Below are positions 1 to 8,836 of a DNA stretch of 64,000 nucleotides, in pieces. The number at the start of each line of letters is the position of its first letter. Position 1 is the first letter of the stretch. Origin of the DNA: an uncultured delta proteobacterium. Lineage in GTDB: Bacteria > Desulfobacterota > BSN033 > UBA1163. The position numbers and the translations under genes are program-made. The notes below the pieces were generated by a model that searched no databases, was not told the DNA's origin, and worked only from the letters and a program-made list of their open reading frames with translations. The DNA lies in contig CAWHBU010000003.1 in assembly GCA_963827685.1 (NCBI GenBank), forward strand, positions 256,001 to 320,000, read 5' to 3'.

Positions 1-481
1 AGCCTCCTCCGGCGATCACCACATTTTGGATGCCTTCTGATCGAATCTGCTCGAAGATGGCATCGGCATCGAAGATGGAACGGAGATAGAACACGTTCTT
101 CAGATCAATGCCCTCAATCTTAGGCCGAATGGGATGGGCTCCTGTGGCAATGACTAATCGATCAAACTCATCCGTAAAGGTCTCTCCTGATCCAATTTTG
201 TGGCCAGAGACGGCACGATTCTGGATATCGATTTTCTCAATCCGGCGGTTCTTCAAAACCTTGATCCCCTCTTGGGCAAACTGACCGGGTGTACGGGAGA
301 TCAACTCCTGCCTTTTCCTAATCACACCGCTTATATAATAGGGAAGCCCGCAACCAGCATAGGAGATTTCATCCTCCACCTGATAGACGACAATCTCCAT
401 CTCCGGATCGCATCGCCTGGCCTTAGCAGCTGCCTTCGGCCCTGCCGCCACTCCTCCGATCACAACAAGCCTTTTTTTCAT
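1..481 (-). CDS. FAD-dependent pyridine nucleotide-disulfide oxidoreductase (CoA-disulfide reductase/NADH oxidase family), runs off the window edge
   Basis: Not in ORF track; hand translation gives MKKRLVVIGGVAAGPKAAAKARR...ISYAGCGLPYY...FDRLVIATGA...VVIAGGG (FAD dinucleotide motif, SYxxCGLPY redox Cys). AAGGAGG upstream. Confidence 0.88.
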   Translation of the reverse strand, partial: MKKRLVVIGGVAAGPKAAAKARRCDPEMEIVVYQVEDEISYAGCGLPYYISGVIRKRQELISRTPGQFAQEGIKVLKNRRIEKIDIQNRAVSGHKIGSGETFTDEFDRLVIATGAHPIRPKIEGIDLKNVFYLRSIFDADAIFEQIRSEGIQNVVIAGGG

Positions 482-519
482 CTTTCTTCGATCCTCCTTA
501 GTTTCTTTGTCTCCCCTCG

Positions 520-771
520 GAGACTGCGTCATGTTCATGCTTGGGGAAGTTACAGAAGGAATCCCGCCCTGCTGGGATCAGGCTCTTCACCTTTAGAATG
601 CGGTCATTTAGAGTTATGGGGAATCGACCTTCCTGTAATGCAAGCTTTCCACGGACCTGCAGACCAGTAGTTGACCGACAAAAGGTTTCCGCTCTAAAGC
701 TTCATCACCCGATCCCGGTAGGTCGGGATTCGGTCCGTATTCAGCCTCCACCATCATTATGACAGAGTTTA
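520..771 (-). mobile_element. MITE-like element with structured core, copy A
   Basis: Imperfect terminal inverted repeats (GAGACTGCGTCAT / ATGACAGAGTTTA), TCG at 517-519 and 772-774, long internal stems. Homologous to 34954-35228. Confidence 0.72.
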
Positions 772-799
772 TCGCGAGGGAGGAGGAATTCGTCGCTTC

Positions 800-1123
800 T
801 TATTTAAAGTGTAATGCTAACCAGACGGTTTTCTGCTCAGGGTCTGTCCATTCAACCCGGTGCCGTTGGTGAGGTTCGATTTGGACATAATCGCCGGCGT
901 TCATAATGAATACTTCCTCTTCATCCTCAAATAACAACCCGGCACTGCCACTTAGCAGGATGACCCATTCCTCAGTATCCTGATCATACCATTCCCCCTC
1001 CGGCGTTGCCTGACCCGCCGAGATGATCCGTTCAAGCTTGAAACCTTCCTTTTTTAGGAGCGTCTCAGAGATTTCATCCTGCATAAAATAAGGGATCCTT
1101 AAAAATATATTGTTGGACTTCAT
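800..1123 (-). CDS. cupin domain protein
   Basis: WYDQDTEEWVILLSG and GDYVQIEPHQRHRVEWT cupin motifs. Confidence 0.8.
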   Translation of the reverse strand: MKSNNIFLRIPYFMQDEISETLLKKEGFKLERIISAGQATPEGEWYDQDTEEWVILLSGSAGLLFEDEEEVFIMNAGDYVQIEPHQRHRVEWTDPEQKTVWLALHFK

Positions 1124-1248
1124 TCTCTCCCTCTTGCCCGGAAAAATTCTTCTTGAGCCGTGCTAATTTCCTTGGTTTCGGCCTTAAGGCATTCTGTGGC
1201 TATTTTGTTTACGGAGCCCGCCTTGAGTGGAGCCTGAGCGTTAATCAT

Positions 1249-1608
1249 TTACTCTCTCCTGTATTTCAGCCTGGCCCTCTTCTCTCTTTTTGACTTCTGC
1301 CGTCTCACCTTCTTAATGATCAACTCTTCAGGTGTCAACTCTCCTGACAACTTCTCGATTCTCATAACAAGTTCACGCCTCGCAAGAAATCGATTGAGAG
1401 ATTGATTCCTCTCTTTCATGCATTTCATTTCAATGCCTGTTGGAATATGTTTGAGATAAACGCAGGTGGATGTCTTATTCACCTTCTGCCCTCCCCTGCC
1501 TGAGGACCGAATGAATTTCTCTTCAATGTCCTTCTCATGGATGCCAAGGGCTTCCATCTTTTCTTTAAGCCATCTATTCTTCTCTTCGCTAACAGGGAAT
1601 AAGATCAT
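1249..1608 (-). CDS. peptide chain release factor-like protein (RF-1 domain, ArfB/YaeJ-like)
   Basis: EKFIRSSGRGGQKVNKT GGQ motif and basic C-terminal tail. Confidence 0.85.
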   Translation of the reverse strand: MILFPVSEEKNRWLKEKMEALGIHEKDIEEKFIRSSGRGGQKVNKTSTCVYLKHIPTGIEMKCMKERNQSLNRFLARRELVMRIEKLSGELTPEELIIKKVRRQKSKREKRARLKYRRE

Positions 1609-1728
1609 GAGATTTCCTTCAAATCTTGTTTTATGTGTTTCGTTTGACCAGTGCTTTTCCGATCTTTGAAGACCTTAAAGACAATCTTTCCGGAAACGGT
1701 TGCCCTTCCAACGCTCAGGGTCAATCCT

Positions 1729-2268
1729 CTATTCCTTCCCAGGTAATTTTCCAATGGCCTTCTTGTGGTAACCTTGGTCGGGCTCACTTTTGTGTATAAT
1801 CGTCACTGTCCCATCTTGCTCCAGCAGTGCCCGCTTGATTAAAGGAAGATCCGTGTCTGGATCGAGTTCGTGCTTACGAATCGAACGCTCCAATTCAGCC
1901 CTCGTCATGACCTCGCGCCTCAGGTTTCTTGTGAGGACCTTGCCGTCTTCAATTAACGGCGTGGGCTTGCCTTCGAGAAGCCGTGCTATGCTTGGGAAAT
2001 AAAGCGTGAGGCGTCCAATCAAACCATTTGCACAAAATAGGGCCAATCCACCGATGAGACCTCCGGTCAGAGAATTGTCTGGACCGATCATTGCATTTTG
2101 CAAGACGTTGCTGATTGTTAGCAGAACGATCAAATCAAAGGGCGTCATCTGGCCCAGTTCACGTTTTCCTACTATGCGAAAGGTAATAAGTAGGAAAAAA
2201 TAGACGATCAGCGGCCTTACAATTTTCTCAAGTATCTGAACCTCGGGAATAAACATATTTAGATTCAT
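1729..2268 (-). CDS. DUF421/YetF family membrane protein
   Basis: GKRELGQMTPFDL and ALLEQDGTVTII motifs, three N-terminal TM segments. Confidence 0.85.
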   Translation of the reverse strand: MNLNMFIPEVQILEKIVRPLIVYFFLLITFRIVGKRELGQMTPFDLIVLLTISNVLQNAMIGPDNSLTGGLIGGLALFCANGLIGRLTLYFPSIARLLEGKPTPLIEDGKVLTRNLRREVMTRAELERSIRKHELDPDTDLPLIKRALLEQDGTVTIIHKSEPDQGYHKKAIGKLPGKE

Positions 2269-2290
2269 CTTTTTCCTCCTTTTGAACTCA

Positions 2291-2887
2291 TCAAGATGGT
2301 CTAACCAGGGCCAAATCGTGTTGGATCCCTTTTCGCACAGCGTTGACGAATGTTTGGAGTTGGTCCCTATTCGTTCTGAGTACGTCGCGTACCTTGCGAC
2401 TGATTTCTAACTGAACGCCTTGCATCAATTTTCCCCGATTGCAAATGTTCATCCGATCAGTCCCCAGCAGCCCTTCTGTTGGAGGTCGAGTCTCAAAACC
2501 GGATGTTTCTAACTGGTGCTTTATTTCCGAACGTAAACCATCGTTGAGACCACCCAGCATCACAAACTCATCTTTCTGATCAATTTGCCCATGCACAGTA
2601 ACCACGATACTGGCCTTTTCGACCGCTTGCAGTGCGCGAGGCTCATCAAAAAGATGGCTCTCTATATGAAGCACACTATTTCCGCCTGCCTTTAGCCCCT
2701 CGAAACTGTAAAAAGAGTAATTCACACCTGCAATAGCTTCTGCAATTTCTGTCGTGGTTGGCTCGATTTTTCCCCCATGAGGGGCGATGATGAGGACACG
2801 TGGATCTCTCAGTGCGATCCTGATTCGATAATCCTGAACTTCCACTTCATGATCGGCAAGCTCTTTAAAATTTTTGTAGGAGGTCAT
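2291..2887 (-). CDS. poly-gamma-glutamate hydrolase family protein (YjqB/DUF867-like)
   Basis: IAPHGGKIEP, LHIESHLFDEP, TVHG, NICNR, GVQLEIS motifs. Confidence 0.8.
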   Translation of the reverse strand: MTSYKNFKELADHEVEVQDYRIRIALRDPRVLIIAPHGGKIEPTTTEIAEAIAGVNYSFYSFEGLKAGGNSVLHIESHLFDEPRALQAVEKASIVVTVHGQIDQKDEFVMLGGLNDGLRSEIKHQLETSGFETRPPTEGLLGTDRMNICNRGKLMQGVQLEISRKVRDVLRTNRDQLQTFVNAVRKGIQHDLALVRPS

Positions 2888-3346
2888 TTTATCCCCCTAA
2901 AATTGTGGCTTCACGGGAAAGTCCTCCCCGTGAGCGGGACGATATTAATGGAATTACTTTAGCTCGGAAGCTGTCTGCCCTGCCTGTAGCGTCTGAACGG
3001 GGTGTGCGGGCAGCTTCACTATAGCAAAAAGACCTACATTGTCAAACAGATCATGACAACCTTAGGAGAATAAAATTGAATCGTTAGGAGGAGGGCAAGA
3101 GTGGCTTTTGCCAATAAAGATGGAATGCAATTTTATTTTTGTAAAATTCTTATTCGCATTGTGTTCCAAATTGAAAAACGTCCTTGGAAACAGATGAATC
3201 AAAACATTAATAAGCTTCGTATTTCGACTGGGTCTTGTCGCAATTTACATCATTTTCTATGACACCCTCACGGATTATAGGATACGGGTAGGCTCACTGA
3301 CTCTTTAGGGGGTAAGATGATTTCGTAGAGCAAATAGGAGATGTTG

Positions 3347-3607
3347 TCAAGGCATAAATTTTGGACGATGCCTTCTGGCCTTAATCTTTCCTGGGGTAAT
3401 ACCTTCGTTGGGAGAAAAATAGTTCTTGTTGGGTAAGAATTTTGATTTTTCCTTATAAAGACTTTCTAATTTTTCTTCCTGCTGTTCAGTAATCATATTT
3501 TTTTGATCAAAATCATACTCTGTTGATTTGACAAATTGGTCTTCTTTTTGGGTCAATTCATACCGGTTTAATCCTGACAAAACCCACTCAAGTCGTTCCT
3601 TGTTCAT
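3347..3607 (-). CDS. hypothetical protein
   Basis: 86-aa ORF with AAGGGG RBS; no recognised motif. Confidence 0.55.
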   Translation of the reverse strand: MNKERLEWVLSGLNRYELTQKEDQFVKSTEYDFDQKNMITEQQEEKLESLYKEKSKFLPNKNYFSPNEGITPGKIKARRHRPKFMP

Positions 3608-3702
3608 GGCAAATCCCCTTTTACATGCTGTACATTTAAGTTTACATCTGCTTATTTATGATAATTCTCCCAAAAAGAGTTAACCAAATCAGCTGCCCTT
3701 TT

Positions 3703-3994
3703 TTATTCCCAATTCTCCCGAAAACCCCGAGCGACTCTGGCTTCCTTTACCAGTAAATCCTTTCCCATGAAGTTTTTTCGGTTCAGCATGGAGACAGCCC
3801 TCCGGGCTTCCCATTGGGTAGACATCTCCACGAAGGCAAACCCTCTGGGTTGGCTGGTTTGTCTATCCTTGACGATCTTGACAGACATCACATCTCCCGC
3901 ATTGGAGAAAAGGGGCTCTAAGTTCGGGTTCACTGGCCTGTAAAGGAAGGTTAGCGACATAAATTTTCTTATTTATTTTCGGTTTCCGATTCAT
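3703..3994 (-). CDS. RRM (RNP-1) RNA-binding protein, apparent +1 frameshift near 3912-3915
   Basis: RGFAFVEM (RNP1) is in the track ORF. KIYVANLP (RNP2) lies in another frame from ATG 3994 with a GGAGGGAG RBS. Removing one C of CCCC joins them (ELRALFSNAG). Confidence 0.82.
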
Positions 3995-4086
3995 TTCTCC
4001 CTCCACCTTAAATTCTCCTCACACATCAATTGCTCCTTTCACAAAAAATTCACGCTGGTAACCCTCACTTAATTTGAAGCCTCCAT

Positions 4087-4128
4087 AAAAAAGCCCGCAA
4101 AGAAGTTGTTTAGAGTTCTTTACGGGCT
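4087..4128 (-). terminator. intrinsic terminator-like hairpin upstream of the RRM gene
   Basis: AGCCCGTAAAGAA...TTCTTTGCGGGCT followed by a T run on the minus strand. Confidence 0.6.
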
Positions 4129-4275
4129 CAATTCCCTTGGTCGCAGGTTAAAAAGCTCTATGCAACTAATTTTAATTAATTCTACATTTTTATGAACTAA
4201 AAAACAAGAAAAATTACTACCTTTCAGATCACCGGTAAGGAAGTCTGAAAAGATGCCTTTGAGACGGTAAGGAAG

Positions 4276-4410
4276 TGAAGCTTCCCGGCCACACGCCGGG
4301 GCTTCCCGGGCACGTAGTGGCGAGCGGAAAGCTCGCAAAGGAAATATCGTTTTAATTGTGCCCCTTGCCCCCGCCTACAAGGCGGGGCTTGCGGGGCACT
4401 TGCCGGCCAA
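4276..4410. mobile_element. non-autonomous IS200/IS605-like palindromic miniature, copy 1
   Basis: Two GC hairpins each ending GGGGCTT; homologous in inverted orientation to 23286-23393. Confidence 0.6.
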
Positions 4411-4518
4411 CAAATAACTTCAATTAAGAATTGATAAATTAGGAATTGATGGATTGAAGGATTCGGAATTGCTTTAAAAAGTCTGTGGTTTTTTATCCTA
4501 TTGCAGTTGCAGCATTAT

Positions 4519-5802
4519 TTACTGCGGCTGCTTGCCGTTTCGAACCTTCCCATTCTTTTTCTGAGCCGTTACAAGAGGTCTTATTTCTTCATCCTTTGAA
4601 ATAGGAATGGAAAGGATCATCCCTTTTGAAATCGGGGTCGCCTTGGTGAGATGGTTGATTTCAAGCAATGGCTCAAGATCCACCCTGTATAGCTTGGCAA
4701 TTCCTTTCAGGGTCTCTCCTTTTTTGACGAGATGGGTCTTGAATTGAAACTTCTCCAAAGGCTGGAGGATTTCGAAGGCTATCAGAAAGATATCCTTCTT
4801 CCCGAAGGGGATTTTGATTTCATAATCGGTTTCATTGGGAGGCGTAACCCCTCTTCGAAGTTCGGGGTTGAGATCCTTAATCTCCTCAAGTGAGGTGTCG
4901 CAGGCTCTCGCGATGTGAGAGAGATCTGTCAACTCAGGAACCTTCACCTTTTCATACCGAAGAGGCTCCTGGAATTCGACGTCGCTGAATCCATATTTCT
5001 CCGGGTCTTTGCCGATGAGCGCTGCCGCAATCATCAGCGGAACATAATTTTTGGTTTCCCGTTTTAGATACTTGACTTTCGTCAGCTTCCAGAAGTCCTC
5101 TGTCCGGTAGCGTTTCATCGCTTTGACGATCTTGTATTCCCCTGCGTTGTAACCCGCCGCGGCAAGATACCAACAGGCGAACGTCTCATAGAGGTCCTTC
5201 AAGTATTTGGCCGCGGCAATCGTGGACTTTTCCGGATCCCTTCGTTCATCGACCCACCAATTCACCCTTAAACCATATCTTTTCCCTGTCAGGTAGATGA
5301 ATTGCCACGGACCCACGGCCTTGCTCCTGGAATAAGCATAAGGATCGAATCCGCTCTCGATGAACGCCATGTAGACCAGATCTTCAGGGAGGCCGTGCTC
5401 CTTCAAGAGCTTCTTCATGACGGGGATATATCTCCCGGACCTGGCGAGCCAGGTAACAAATTTGTCCCGCATGGTCGTCTGAAAACATAGGATGAACTGT
5501 TCCACTTTTTCGTTGATGACGATGGGGATATCGAAATCGGGTTCTTTTTTACGCTGATCTCCGAGAAGGATCTCTACGTTCAAGCCGTCCCCTTCTTGAA
5601 GATGGAAAGGTTCCAATTCCAGCCGATAGGAAATCGGTTCTTCCTTTCTTAAATAGAATTGGGAACCGTCCTGGGCACCCACATTGGACAGGCACGTCGA
5701 GGACAAAAGCAAGATGATTCCAATCAAAAAGATCTTCTGGATCAGAAGAAACCTCCCTAAGGCGTAAAACGTAAAGGGGTAAAAATGCATTTTTTGTGCC
5801 AT
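4519..5802 (-). CDS. mltD: membrane-bound lytic murein transglycosylase D-like (SLT + LysM); true start probably near 5740
   Basis: YMAFIESGF, AVGPWQFI, LAAAGYNAGE SLT motifs; C-terminal LysM (HLVKKGETLKGIAK). Confidence 0.88.
   Translation of the reverse strand: MAQKMHFYPFTFYALGRFLLIQKIFLIGIILLLSSTCLSNVGAQDGSQFYLRKEEPISYRLELEPFHLQEGDGLNVEILLGDQRKKEPDFDIPIVINEKVEQFILCFQTTMRDKFVTWLARSGRYIPVMKKLLKEHGLPEDLVYMAFIESGFDPYAYSRSKAVGPWQFIYLTGKRYGLRVNWWVDERRDPEKSTIAAAKYLKDLYETFACWYLAAAGYNAGEYKIVKAMKRYRTEDFWKLTKVKYLKRETKNYVPLMIAAALIGKDPEKYGFSDVEFQEPLRYEKVKVPELTDLSHIARACDTSLEEIKDLNPELRRGVTPPNETDYEIKIPFGKKDIFLIAFEILQPLEKFQFKTHLVKKGETLKGIAKLYRVDLEPLLEINHLTKATPISKGMILSIPISKDEEIRPLVTAQKKNGKVRNGKQPQ
5786..5801 (-). 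promoter_or_regulatory. putative sigma-54 (-24/-12) promoter
   Basis: TGGCAC-AAAAA-ATGCA on the minus strand, upstream of a GGGAGG RBS near 5755. Confidence 0.5.
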
Positions 5803-5995
5803 GCTAAGATTTTATAACTTATTGACTTTAAATACATTTTACACTCAAAAATCTCTTGCCATGGTTGATAATTGACCGAAATTGGCAGGAATTGACAATT
5901 TGTGCCATTTTAGGCCAAAGGGGTTCGGAATTTAATAATAAAAACTGAGGACTAAGAATCAGGAGGTAATAGAGGTGGCGTGGGTTGCGTTTGTA

Positions 5996-6541
5996 TTAGT
6001 GTCTCAAAGCGATAACACGAATAACGGCTGAGGCAATAACCATCAAGAAGGAAGGCAGCCACACCCATAAAAGCTCACTTTTGATCACAGCTAAGCCCCA
6101 TCTGCCAAAGAAAGAGACAACACCAATCGGTGAGACCATGATTGGCCTCCACGGAAAGAAATACCTTGTCTGATCGAAAGGAGACAACAGAGCAATACCC
6201 AAACCTCCATTCGTAAAGGCGTCGAGGATGCCATGACTTGCTGATAACGAGAAAAAGAAAATCAGATAGAAGAACCACTCTTTAGAAAACATCTCTATGT
6301 CAGGTAAGAAAACACAAACAAGAAAGATGCTCAATAACAAACCGAAAAAGGGTGAATGGAAGAATCCTCTGTGCCCAAAGAGATGTTGGTATGGGATGCC
6401 GAAGGAAAATGCGATGACGTCGGCGTCGGGAATCACTGAACAGATCAGGGAGAGAGACCAAAAACGATTGGTCACATCTCGGGGTGCAAAGGTTATTCCG
6501 GCAGCAACTCCAACCACTGCATGCGAAACTACTGAAGGCAA
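5996..6541 (-). CDS. inner-membrane metal-dependent hydrolase (YdjM/YbcI family)
   Basis: SH, PDAD, HRGFFHS, SHGILDAFT motifs. Confidence 0.85.
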   Translation of the reverse strand: MPSVVSHAVVGVAAGITFAPRDVTNRFWSLSLICSVIPDADVIAFSFGIPYQHLFGHRGFFHSPFFGLLLSIFLVCVFLPDIEMFSKEWFFYLIFFFSLSASHGILDAFTNGGLGIALLSPFDQTRYFFPWRPIMVSPIGVVSFFGRWGLAVIKSELLWVWLPSFLMVIASAVIRVIALRH

Positions 6542-6566
6542 AAGAGGCCCCCTCTAAACGTTCCCA

Positions 6567-7451
6567 TTAGGCTTTCCCTAAATCTTTTCCCGTTATTTTC
6601 CAGAGGATTTCCTCTATTTCGGAAGAGAGCTTAGGCATTCCCTCCCCTTCCTTTGTTTTGATCCGAACGTCATACATGGTCTCAAGTTGAGGGAGGAGAT
6701 TCTTCAGTTCTGGTGTTCTTTCCACTTTCTGGCTGATGAGACTGCGCTGCTCAAGAGCCCTCTCAAAGTCTTTCTTGTCAATGGGAATGTTATAGAGCAA
6801 ATTCAAAATTTCCATCAGCCGCAACTTTCCCAAATAATCCTCTTCCAAAACAAAATATTGGGGCAGAGAGACGATAAACCAAATCGTCTCAATACCAAAC
6901 GCTGGGGCCTTTTGACTAATCAAAATGGTAATGGTCGTCGGACCTTGATAACGACTCGGCAGGGCTCCGGATTTCTTTAAATCCTGCTCCGCTTCCATCC
7001 CTATTGCTCCCCCATTGACAATCAGAGGCCTGGTATGAGGAACCACATCATACATGCTCCCTAAAAGAATATATTTCTTCACTTTGAGAGTTTTGAGAAG
7101 TTTTAAAATAGAATCGACGTAAATTTCGGATAGGGCATGAGGTTCGAGAAGGTGAAGGAAGAGAAGGTCATGTCCTCCTTCCCTTTTAGCGTAATGAAGG
7201 GTCACGTTGGGAATGGATACTCGGCGAATGCCCTCTTCCAGATAAAGAGTCGGGCGGTACCGGGTAAAATCGAAAAAGTGACCAGGTTTAGCAAGCCCGG
7301 CCAATTCCTCAGCTCCCAGTTGGGTCTCCAATTCGTTCAGGACCAACGTTCCAACATTATTCACATCTATCCACGGCCGAAGGATGGCAAAGACATAGGG
7401 ATCGTTCAGTTCCGGTATAGGTTCTTTTACCTCAAAAGCACCAATTCTCAC
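6567..7451 (-). CDS. PAC2 family (proteasome assembly chaperone-like) protein
   Basis: PWIDVNNVG, FFDFTRYRP, LEPH, VPHTRP, YQGPT motifs. Confidence 0.78.
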   Translation of the reverse strand: MRIGAFEVKEPIPELNDPYVFAILRPWIDVNNVGTLVLNELETQLGAEELAGLAKPGHFFDFTRYRPTLYLEEGIRRVSIPNVTLHYAKREGGHDLLFLHLLEPHALSEIYVDSILKLLKTLKVKKYILLGSMYDVVPHTRPLIVNGGAIGMEAEQDLKKSGALPSRYQGPTTITILISQKAPAFGIETIWFIVSLPQYFVLEEDYLGKLRLMEILNLLYNIPIDKKDFERALEQRSLISQKVERTPELKNLLPQLETMYDVRIKTKEGEGMPKLSSEIEEILWKITGKDLGKA

Positions 7452-7747
7452 TTTCTATCCCTCCAGTAGCAATTGCCTATATAAACTATTATAAAAGAAT
7501 ATTGTTATCTCGGAAACTAAATCTTTGCATCCCTCAACCACTCTCACCTTTCAATCTTTCTGGGGTGCATTTGAGGAACGCCTTGTTCAGTGTCTGCTCT
7601 CGTTGAGGGGTGCTCTATATTAGGAGTATTACACTTAAGACATGGAGGAGGGTGTAAATTTTTGATCATAAGCCGTAAAGCCTAAGGAGTTGGAGCTTAG
7701 GTGGCGCGGCGTTTAGGATAAGGAGGGGGTCCGCTTTTCGTTGTCAT

Positions 7748-8284
7748 CTAGCGCAAGTAGGTAATGCCTTGAACGTTTTTGATGATTGGATGATTCTTTT
7801 CAAAGAATACTTTATATTCTTCAAGAGAATGGAATGGACCGTGAACCCCAACAAGCGTTTTATAAGGTGTCCCGTAATCCATAATGAAAAGATTACCCTC
7901 CCTCATATAAGAACAGACGTAATGATTTGCTCCTTGTCGAATTAAGAGAACCGCTATCTTAGCTTTATAGGATGGATCGATCCGGTTGAGAGTCTCCTTG
8001 GCAAAGATCGCTGCATCAATGTAGATTCCAGATTTGAGTTTGAAAGTTTCCTCTGGGGCTCTCGGGGGAGGTAATGTTCCTTCAAATCTCTTAAACCTCT
8101 CCACATCGAGAGAAAAATCCTTTTCCATCCATGTCTCTACGTCTTTATAGGATTTCCATCGGGAAACCGTATCATCATAGGATCTTACGAAAATAATCCC
8201 ACAGGCAAAGAGGAATAGAAACAAAATGGATAAACATTTAATTTTCAATCTTATTATTTTTATCTGATCCGTTTGAGAATCCAT
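7748..8284 (-). CDS. hypothetical exported protein or lipoprotein
   Basis: Hydrophobic N-terminus with LFAC; no family recognised. Confidence 0.6.
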   Translation of the reverse strand: MDSQTDQIKIIRLKIKCLSILFLFLFACGIIFVRSYDDTVSRWKSYKDVETWMEKDFSLDVERFKRFEGTLPPPRAPEETFKLKSGIYIDAAIFAKETLNRIDPSYKAKIAVLLIRQGANHYVCSYMREGNLFIMDYGTPYKTLVGVHGPFHSLEEYKVFFEKNHPIIKNVQGITYLR

Positions 8285-8529
8285 CTCGTATCTCCTGATC
8301 TCCTGAAATTTGATTCCCCGTCAGTTCCACAATTTAAGTTCATCAGAATAATCGAAGGCCCTATACTTTCTAACCGAAATACAACCAAAGATCAATCATC
8401 AGGATCCTCCCTTCTCTTTCAGAAAAGGATAAACTGTAAGAAAGATTGATTTTTTGCTTTAGAATGATTAAATTGAAAATTCTTCTATCAAACCTCCGGG
8501 AGGAAAGCATGTCGTCTCATGAGAATCTA

Positions 8530-8749
8530 ATGGAGCCCCACGGGCAAAGCCCGTGGTACCTCCATGAAATACCCGCCTACGCCCATGGACGCTGAAACGC
8601 TTCGGTGCGCAAGTGCCAGGGCTTCGGCGGGTTATCCGCCGGTAGCGGAATCCGCCGTAGCATTAACCTAGGGGCACAGAAATGACTAAGCCACGGAGTC
8701 CGCATTCATCCACGGGCAAAACCCGTGGTCTTCTGCGTAGGCGGATAAA
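8530..8749. mobile_element. IS200/IS605-like palindrome-ended miniature element
   Basis: Near-identical subterminal hairpins CCACGGGCAAAGCCCGTGG and CCACGGGCAAAACCCGTGG in direct orientation; no transposase ORF. Confidence 0.6.
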
Positions 8750-8836
8750 AATCTTTGAGTATGCCCTCCAGCAGGAAGAAACAGGAAAATCCTTCTTTCA
8801 GAATTCCCTCCAGAGGATGGGAGTGGATGATCCCAA

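Noticed and set aside
200-762. Track ORFs 200-670 and 541-762, and the similar peptide at the end of 35137-35490
   Set aside because: Shadow frames: antisense to the oxidoreductase gene and across the MITE. Their similarity to each other reflects the repeat, not a protein family.
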